From NCBI GenBank assembly GCA_045611825.1, contig JAZKXW010000053.1, positions 10,437 through 74,436 on the forward strand: a stretch of DNA of 64,000 nucleotides, in the 5' to 3' direction. A program made the translations under genes and the position numbers. The notes under the pieces are model-generated. The model ran no database searches and had not been told where the DNA came from. It saw only the letters and a list, made by a program, of their open reading frames with translations. Source of the DNA: Faecousia sp. (GTDB lineage: Bacteria; Bacillota; Clostridia; Oscillospirales; Oscillospiraceae). The stretch's first letter is position 1. Every line of letters starts with the position of its first letter. Positions 58,395-64,000 of this stretch are shown here, in pieces.

Positions 58395-58604
58395 TTACTT
58401 CTTGTATGTTTCGTCGACGGTGCCAGATTCCCAGTAGGTGTTGATCCTGCACCAATCGTTGTGTTGAACGGTTGTAACCCGGAAGAAACGATCTCCCTCG
58501 CTGGCTCCGGCTTCGATGATAACTACCTCGTTATCCTCATTCTTGCCGACAAGAGGCAGGGCCTTGCCATCTGTCATTTTTAGCAGTTCGTCATATTGTG
58601 CCAT
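58395..58604 (-). CDS. Hypothetical small protein
   Basis: AGAAAGGA RBS. Confidence 0.6.
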   Translation of the reverse strand: MAQYDELLKMTDGKALPLVGKNEDNEVVIIEAGASEGDRFFRVTTVQHNDWCRINTYWESGTVDETYKK

Positions 58605-58689
58605 GTTGGTTCCTTTCTCCCCGTCGAGCCGATAGGACAGCTGGTGTAAGATCCGTGCAAGTTTCGTGTAAGATCCGTGCAAGGTTGGT

Positions 58690-59601
58690 TTAAGCAGCTG
58701 TGGCGGTAAAGGCGCTGGTCAGGTGTTGCCGGCAGGTCCTGTATTCGTCACCCTTTAAGCCAAGCCGGTTCTTGAGAACCCGGCGCATGAGGTTGGCTTT
58801 CTGCTCCTGGGTGTAGCTTCCGCAGCCCTTGAAGTACAGCCGGTCGCTGTCAGCTTCGATAGCCCATGCGCTCATTGCCAAACAGAACTGGACATAAGCC
58901 TTGATCTTGCCGGCGTGGGTAGTGCCGTTGAACAGTCTGAACTCCACGGTGCCCTTGGTGAAGAATGCGTGGAGGTTGATGCCGTGATACCGGGTGGCGT
59001 TGTAGTGCTGATGATCGATGCCGCCTGCGTAATTGTCGTTTGCACGGCTATACCAAGTAGCTTCCATATTGCCGTTGGAGCGGATGGTGTTCTTCATTGC
59101 CCGGAGAAGTTCCGGGAACATTTTGTGACACCAACGATTTGCACGATCTCCGACCTGGAGTGCTTCATAGAACAGATCCTGTCTGCCGGTGGCAAAGTTC
59201 ACAAGGCGGGTCAGGCTCTCGGGGGTATGCCGTGCGCCGTCCACATGGACATGAATACCGCAGGAACTGTTGGCGATAGCACCGGCGCTCCGGAGTGCCC
59301 GGATGATGTTCTGTAGATCTTCCAGATCTTCGTACTGGAGGATGGGAGTAACGATCTCGCAGGAATAGTCGTGGTTGGCATAGACATTGCGGCCGTTCTC
59401 TCTGCGCTGGGTGGTGATGGATGCGTCGGACATTGCTTTCCAAGTCCGGTTCTTCCGATCGGTTGCACCCCAGGTCTTGTAGTGAGTGCCGAGGTAGCGG
59501 GTGCGAGTACCAAAGTAGTTCGCAATGATGCCAGCGGCTTGCTCACGAGTTACGCCGGTCAGTTCGATTTCTACGCCGAAGTTCTGTTCCTTGATCAACA
59601 T
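58690..59601 (-). CDS. Putative amidoligase (Amidoligase_2, COOH-NH2 ligase)
   Basis: FGVEIE, D.SI, EIVTPIL, SCGIHVHV, RY..INL, GTVEFRLFNGT. Confidence 0.92.
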   Translation of the reverse strand: MLIKEQNFGVEIELTGVTREQAAGIIANYFGTRTRYLGTHYKTWGATDRKNRTWKAMSDASITTQRRENGRNVYANHDYSCEIVTPILQYEDLEDLQNIIRALRSAGAIANSSCGIHVHVDGARHTPESLTRLVNFATGRQDLFYEALQVGDRANRWCHKMFPELLRAMKNTIRSNGNMEATWYSRANDNYAGGIDHQHYNATRYHGINLHAFFTKGTVEFRLFNGTTHAGKIKAYVQFCLAMSAWAIEADSDRLYFKGCGSYTQEQKANLMRRVLKNRLGLKGDEYRTCRQHLTSAFTATAA

Positions 59602-59615
59602 TATAAGTTTCCTCC

Positions 59616-59645
59616 TTGACATTTGACACCGCTATGACTTATAAT
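59616..59645 (+). promoter_or_regulatory. Consensus sigma-A promoter, antisense to the leftward operon
   Basis: TTGACA-N18-TATAAT followed by a GC hairpin. Confidence 0.55.
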
Positions 59646-59701
59646 GGGGGTGCTCGGGAGGGGCGGTGTTCCCTCCCGGCCCCCAGTTTACTGTGAGAGG
59701 T

Positions 59702-59845
59702 TTACTGGGGCTTTTCTTTTAGTAGTCGGTCGAGTTCTTTTAGGAACTCTTCTTTGGTTTCGGACTTTTCTGCGATTAACTTGATTGCTGTGATTATTGT
59801 CTGTGTGTAAGTCATTTCATCAACCTCGGTTTTGATTTGTTCCAC
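59702..59845 (-). CDS. Small helical protein, first gene of the leftward operon
   Basis: AAAGGAGG RBS, GTG start. Confidence 0.55.
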   Translation of the reverse strand: MEQIKTEVDEMTYTQTIITAIKLIAEKSETKEEFLKELDRLLKEKPQ

Positions 59846-59870
59846 CGCTTTGACCTCCTTTCTGTCTATG

Positions 59871-59971
59871 ATTATACACGATAATCGTGTACTTGTCAAT
59901 AGGAAAAGTAAAATAATTTCGTGAAAATGTAAAATAATTTTATTGACAGATAAACGAAAATGGTGTATAGT
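59871..59971. promoter_or_regulatory. Divergent sigma-A promoters with operator
   Basis: Minus strand: TTGACA-N17-TATAAT enclosing tacacg-ataat-cgtgta; plus strand: TTGACA-N17-TATAGT. Confidence 0.8.
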
Positions 59972-59989
59972 ACAATCGAGGTGATGAAT

Positions 59990-60214
59990 ATGGCTATTTC
60001 AAAGAAAATCAAAACCCTACTGACGGAATGCGATAAGAAGCAGGCCGATCTTCAAGAAGTCCTGGACATGAGCAGCAAGCAGAGTTTGAGCAACAAATTC
60101 TCGAATGAGAGATGGTCTGCTGAGGATCTGGCAAAGATCGCTGAGTTCTGCGGCTGCAAGCTGGCGTTTATTTTGCCTAACGGTGAGCGCATCGTCATTG
60201 ATGCAAACGAATAA
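59990..60214 (+). CDS. XRE HTH regulator
   Basis: IK.LL....KKQADL...L.MS.KQSLSNK.....S.EDL.KIA. Confidence 0.85.
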   Translation: MAISKKIKTLLTECDKKQADLQEVLDMSSKQSLSNKFSNERWSAEDLAKIAEFCGCKLAFILPNGERIVIDANE

Positions 60215-60266
60215 CCCGCAAAAGGAAAGACCCGGACGCATAAGGCATCCGGGTCTTGGAGTATGT

Positions 60267-60521
60267 CTATCGCTTGCTATGTATGTGCGATCCAGTGCGT
60301 GTCTTGGTCCTGGTATCTTTGTTTGGCTCCCGGACGATCAGATCTGAAAGCTCACAGTCCAATGCTTCACAGATCAGGTCAAGGTGCTCCAGGTTTACAC
60401 GCTCGGCAATCTCATGGTACATATCGTTTATCGTTGACGGTCTGATACCTGTTGCCCTGGCAAGGTCTGCTTGCATCCACCTCCGCTCGCCAAGCCGGGT
60501 GGAAAGTAAAATCCTAATCAT
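60267..60521 (-). CDS. XRE (HTH_26-like) regulator; candidate DGR regulator
   Basis: L...L.ERR..QADLARATGIRPSTI..MY......LD.ICEALDC.LSDL. Confidence 0.88.
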   Translation of the reverse strand: MIRILLSTRLGERRWMQADLARATGIRPSTINDMYHEIAERVNLEHLDLICEALDCELSDLIVREPNKDTRTKTRTGSHIHSKR

Positions 60522-60542
60522 AGCCATGCTCCTTTGCGGTTT

Positions 60543-60601
60543 ATTCTAACAATTTCATTCTAATTCCGCAGTCATTTGTTAGAAAATAACGCATTTCGTT
60601 A
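60543..60601 (-). promoter_or_regulatory. Operator and extended -10 box of the XRE gene
   Basis: aaaataacgcatttcgtta is identical to 53881-53899; TGnTAGAAT lies 38 nt from the operator. Confidence 0.7.
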
Positions 60602-60610
60602 GAGCAGTAC

Positions 60611-60662
60611 AAAAAAGGGCTGTCTGCGTGATCGTGATGATCCCGTAGGCAGCCCTTTTTTC
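60611..60662. terminator. Bidirectional terminator
   Basis: aaaaaagggctgtctgcg...cgtaggcagcccttttttt. Confidence 0.65.
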
Positions 60663-60699
60663 CTTTTGCTGTAAAATGCGCTATAATCCTGCACCAGAA

Positions 60700-60762
60700 T
60701 GAACCTCAAAATGAACCGCAAAGGGTGGGCGTAGGGCGTTTGCACCTCAAATGAACCTCAAT
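60700..60762 (+). repeat. Integrase arm-type sites (right)
   Basis: TGAACCTCAAA, TGAACCGCAAA, TGCACCTCAAA, TGAACCTCAAT. Confidence 0.75.
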
Positions 60763-60806
60763 AATTTCAGTTCGGTTCGGTTTAATTCCGTCAAACTCGG
60801 TTAAAA

Positions 60807-60845
60807 TAAAAAACCCAAAAACCGTTGCGGTTCTTGGGTTTTTTG
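60807..60845 (-). terminator. Phage-supplied terminator for rplM-rpsI
   Basis: aaaaaacccaaaaaccg-ttg-cggttcttgggtttttt. Confidence 0.75.
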
Positions 60846-60861
60846 AAAAAACATAGGGAAA

Positions 60862-61266
60862 TCAGCGCTTGCTGAACTGGGGAGCACGGCGAGCTGCTTT
60901 CAAACCGTACTTCTTTCTTTCCTTCATTCTGGGGTCGCGGGTCAGGAAACCAGCAGCCTTCAGAGTGGAGCGCAGCTCGGGGTTCAGGGTCAGCAGGGCG
61001 CGGGAGATGCCGTGACGGATTGCGCCGGCCTGACCGGAAACGCCACCGCCTGCGACGGTAACAACCACGTCAACCTTGCCAACAACATCGGTAGCAACCA
61101 GGGGCTGACGGACAACCAGCTTCAGGGTGTCCAGGCCAAAGTAGTCGTCGATGTCACGGCCATTGATGATGATAGAACCGGTGCCGTTTTCGAACACGCG
61201 AACACGGGCAACGGAGGACTTACGACGGCCGGTGCCGTAATGATACTTCTTCTTGCTCTCGTACAT
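60862..61266 (-). CDS. rpsI: 30S ribosomal protein S9 (3' end supplied by the phage)
   Basis: [12 protein letters not shown]...[19 protein letters not shown]...[17 protein letters not shown]. Confidence 0.98.
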   Translation of the reverse strand: MYESKKKYHYGTGRRKSSVARVRVFENGTGSIIINGRDIDDYFGLDTLKLVVRQPLVATDVVGKVDVVVTVAGGGVSGQAGAIRHGISRALLTLNPELRSTLKAAGFLTRDPRMKERKKYGLKAARRAPQFSKR

Positions 61267-61283
61267 AATCGATTACCTCCAAA

Positions 61284-61715
61284 TCAGTCCAGGGTCCATG
61301 CAGCGGGCTTCTGAGCGGCGTGAGCGTGCTCCTCACCCTTGTACAGGTGCAGACGGCCCATGCAGTTGCGGCCCAGAGTGTTCTTGGGCAGCATACCCTT
61401 GACAGCCAGCTCCATGGCGTAGTCGGAGCGGTTCTCCATCATGATGCGAGCCTTGGTTTCCTTCAGACCGCCGATCCAGCCGGATACACGGTAGTAGGAC
61501 TTCTGATCCAGCTTCTTGCCGGTGAAGACAGCCTTGTCAGTGTTGATGATGATGACGAAATCACCGCAGTCAACATTGGGGGTGAAATCGACCTTGTGCT
61601 TACCGCGAAGCAGGTTGGCAGCGATCACAGCGGTGCGGCCCAGGGGCTTGCCTGCTGCATCGATCACATACCACTTACGCTCTACGGTCTCCTTCTTAGC
61701 GAGTGTAGTGGACAT
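61284..61715 (-). CDS. rplM: 50S ribosomal protein L13
   Basis: RKWYVIDA.GK.LGR...LRGKHK..FTP.VDCGD. Confidence 0.98.
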   Translation of the reverse strand: MSTTLAKKETVERKWYVIDAAGKPLGRTAVIAANLLRGKHKVDFTPNVDCGDFVIIINTDKAVFTGKKLDQKSYYRVSGWIGGLKETKARIMMENRSDYAMELAVKGMLPKNTLGRNCMGRLHLYKGEEHAHAAQKPAAWTLD

Positions 61716-61936
61716 TATGCGTTCCTCCATAGGTTAAATTATTTTGACAAATTCATAGATTCGCAGTACAATGACTGCAAAACGCTTGATTCTTATATCA
61801 TAAGAAAAATCAAATGTCAACCATATTTTTGAAGATTTTTATGAAAACGAATATAAACTCTTGAAATCTCTTAAATACTCTCGTATACTCTTAAATGCTA
61901 ACATATCAATTTTAGGTAAAATGGAGGAAATCCAAC

Positions 61937-62683
61937 ATGCAGAAACTGGTTGGACTGGTGCGCCGTTGCGTGGAAGACTACCGGATGATCGCCCCCGGTG
62001 ACCGGATCGGTGTCGGCGTATCCGGCGGAAAGGACTCTTTGGCCCTTTTGGTGTTCTTGGCTGCACTGAAAGAATATAACCATATCCCCTTTGAACTGGA
62101 AGCGATCACCATCGATATGGGACTGGGAATGGATTATTCCGGCATCCAAGCCCTTTGTGAGAAACTGCATGTACCCTATACAGTCGTTAAAACAGAGATC
62201 GCGCCGATTATTTTTGATCACAGAAAGGAAAAGAATCCCTGTTCTATGTGTTCCAAGATGCGCAGAGGCGCGCTGAATCAAACGCTGATCGAACGGGGAC
62301 TCAACAAGCTGGCCTTGGGTCATCACTATGACGATGCGGTGGAGACTTTTATGATGTCTCTTTTATACGAGGGACGGATCAGCTGCTTCCAGCCGGTGAC
62401 AGATCTTGACCGGACCGGCATTATTCAAATCCGTCCCATGCTCTACATCCATGAGCGTACCATCGACAATTTTGCCGAGCGGCAGCAGCTGCCGGTGCTG
62501 GAAAACCGCTGCCCTGTGGATAAAGAAACCAAACGGGAGGAGATCAAAAAACTGATCTTCGACCTCAGCGCCACCTATCCGGATTTGAAGGAACGGATAT
62601 TCGGTGCTATGCAGCGGTATCCGCTGCCGGAGTGGGAGCCGAAAGGCCGCTATAAAAGACCCAAAGATGCCGGTATGGATTGA
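61937..62683 (+). CDS. ttcA: TtcA-like tRNA 2-thiocytidine biosynthesis protein
   Basis: VSGGKDS, CSMCSKMRRG, ALGHHYDD, IRP. Confidence 0.8.
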   Translation: MQKLVGLVRRCVEDYRMIAPGDRIGVGVSGGKDSLALLVFLAALKEYNHIPFELEAITIDMGLGMDYSGIQALCEKLHVPYTVVKTEIAPIIFDHRKEKNPCSMCSKMRRGALNQTLIERGLNKLALGHHYDDAVETFMMSLLYEGRISCFQPVTDLDRTGIIQIRPMLYIHERTIDNFAERQQLPVLENRCPVDKETKREEIKKLIFDLSATYPDLKERIFGAMQRYPLPEWEPKGRYKRPKDAGMD

Positions 62684-62721
62684 CTGCCAATGGGGAATAC
62701 TTTTCCCAAGAGGTGGTAATT

Positions 62722-62982
62722 ATGGTAAAAGGTGTATCCAGACAGGTGATCGTTGTCCATTCTCCGGAACCTAAATTATTTGAACAGGCTATTTTCATCC
62801 TGCGGGATGAGGTGGTGGAGAACGGCGGTGTCACAGACGAAGCGTTATTAAAAGAGGCGAACCGGATCATTCGCGGTCCTATGCACCAGAAAAAACGCAA
62901 ACTCAGTGCTTACGGTGTAGTATGGGCCTGCGGCGGCGCTGTGCTGACGGGGCTGGCGTGGCTGTTGACTGTGTTGCTTTGA
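62722..62982 (+). CDS. Conserved hypothetical protein
   Basis: MVKGVSRQVIVV.SP...FEQAIFILR; C-terminal TM. Confidence 0.7.
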   Translation: MVKGVSRQVIVVHSPEPKLFEQAIFILRDEVVENGGVTDEALLKEANRIIRGPMHQKKRKLSAYGVVWACGGAVLTGLAWLLTVLL

Positions 62983-63035
62983 CTTGCGAAATGCGTCAGC
63001 CTGTGTTATAATCTCCCGAAAGGGAGGTGAGCGCC

Positions 63036-63998
63036 ATGGAGCTTGGCAAGCATACAATTGAAAATCCCTTGATCCTTGGACCAATGGCAGGTGTGACGGA
63101 CTGGGCGTTTCGGGAGATCTGCGCCGGCCTTGGCGCGGATATCACAGTCACCGAAATGGTGTCCTCCCGGGCACTGGTATATCAGGACAAGAAAAGCAAA
63201 GCCCTTTTGAAACGAAATAATGATTGCCTTTGCGGCGCGCAGATCTTCGGTAATGATCCGCAGATCATGGCGCAGGCGGCACAGCTGGCGCTGGAAATTT
63301 CCGGCTGTGATTTTATTGATATCAACATGGGTTGTCCCATGCCTAAAATTGCCAACTCCGGTGACGGCTGCGGCTTGATGCGGACTCCGGAACTGGCAGG
63401 GGAGATCGTAAAGGCTGTGGTTGCTGCTGTGAATGTTCCCGTGACGGTGAAATGCCGATTGGGCTGGGATAAGGGAAGCGTCAATGTGCTTGAGTTTACC
63501 AAGCGGATGGAGGACAATGGCGCATCTATGCTGACCGTCCACGGACGCACGCGCAGCATGCTCTATTCCGGGACTGCCGACTGGGACTTGATCGCCAAAG
63601 TGAAGGCGCAGTTATCGGTTCCTGTGATCGCCAACGGTGATATTACATCCGGCGAAGCCGCCATCCGCTGCCAAAAGTGGACAAAGGCAGACGGCTTGAT
63701 GATCGGCAGAGCTACCTTCGGCGATCCGTGGGTATTCTCCGAGGTGAAAGCGGCATTAACGGGAGAGTGCTTCACAAGACCGGAGCTTGCCCGCAGGGTG
63801 GATGTTGCCGTGCGGCAGTTTGATCTGGCGCAGCAGGATAAAGGCGAGCACATTGCCTGCTTGGAGGCGAGAAAACATTTTGCGTGGTATCTGCGCGGTG
63901 TGGCGTATGCCAACTATTATAAAGAGCAGATCTCGGGTATCAAAACCATGGAGGATGTTTACCGGATCGCAGAGGGTATTCAAAAAGATTTGAAATAA
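63036..63998 (+). CDS. dusB: tRNA-dihydrouridine synthase DusB
   Basis: PMAGVTD..FR, IDINMGCP, VTVK.R.GW, VHGRT, NGDI, MIGR. Confidence 0.92.
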   Translation: MELGKHTIENPLILGPMAGVTDWAFREICAGLGADITVTEMVSSRALVYQDKKSKALLKRNNDCLCGAQIFGNDPQIMAQAAQLALEISGCDFIDINMGCPMPKIANSGDGCGLMRTPELAGEIVKAVVAAVNVPVTVKCRLGWDKGSVNVLEFTKRMEDNGASMLTVHGRTRSMLYSGTADWDLIAKVKAQLSVPVIANGDITSGEAAIRCQKWTKADGLMIGRATFGDPWVFSEVKAALTGECFTRPELARRVDVAVRQFDLAQQDKGEHIACLEARKHFAWYLRGVAYANYYKEQISGIKTMEDVYRIAEGIQKDLK

Positions 63999-64000
63999 TT

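Larger units (their letters stand above)
6810..60911. mobile_element. Prophage (lambda-like head, P2-like contractile tail) integrated in rpsI
   Basis: ccgtact core at 6810-6816 and 60905-60911; integrase, immunity, replication, head, tail and lysis modules; arm repeats at both ends. Confidence 0.93.

Noticed and set aside
6810-60911. Abundance of GATC/GGATCC/CCGG sites
   Set aside because: Also frequent in the host flanks; cannot be called phage-specific without counting.

Overview
About 54 kb of this window (6810-60911) is an apparently complete temperate prophage in a Bacillota/Clostridia host; an Oscillospiraceae-like host is my inference. It is integrated into the 3' end of rpsI (ribosomal protein S9). 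The phage supplies a synonymously recoded rpsI 3' end, and the displaced end lies at 6767-6816, next to two older rpsI-end remnants, so this looks like an integration hotspot. Module order: tyrosine integrase and immunity switch; recombination/replication; accessory early genes; late activator; a transporter + ParB + IbrA/IbrB-like cassette; lambda-like head (GpA terminase, portal, ClpP protease, capsid E); P2-like contractile tail; a DGR-type C-lectin-fold target gene with VR and hairpins, followed by only a C-terminal RT fragment (avd, TR and the RT catalytic core are missing); lysis genes; a leftward amidoligase/GGCT operon; two XRE regulators. Most notable: (1) an identical 19-bp operator, spaced exactly 38 nt from a -10 box, both upstream of the DGR cassette and upstream of a distant XRE gene, suggesting a dedicated DGR regulator; (2) a late-expressed transporter-ParB-IbrA-IbrB cassette, a candidate modification system; (3) a small convergent ORF resembling the repressor's C-terminal helices, a SinI-like antirepressor candidate; (4) H-type pseudoknots of shared architecture directly before ribosome-binding sites; (5) a dispersed, over-represented GTTGCAAC palindrome; (6) a domain about 85% identical between the baseplate hub and the endolysin. 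All product calls come from motif recognition by eye; no searches were run.
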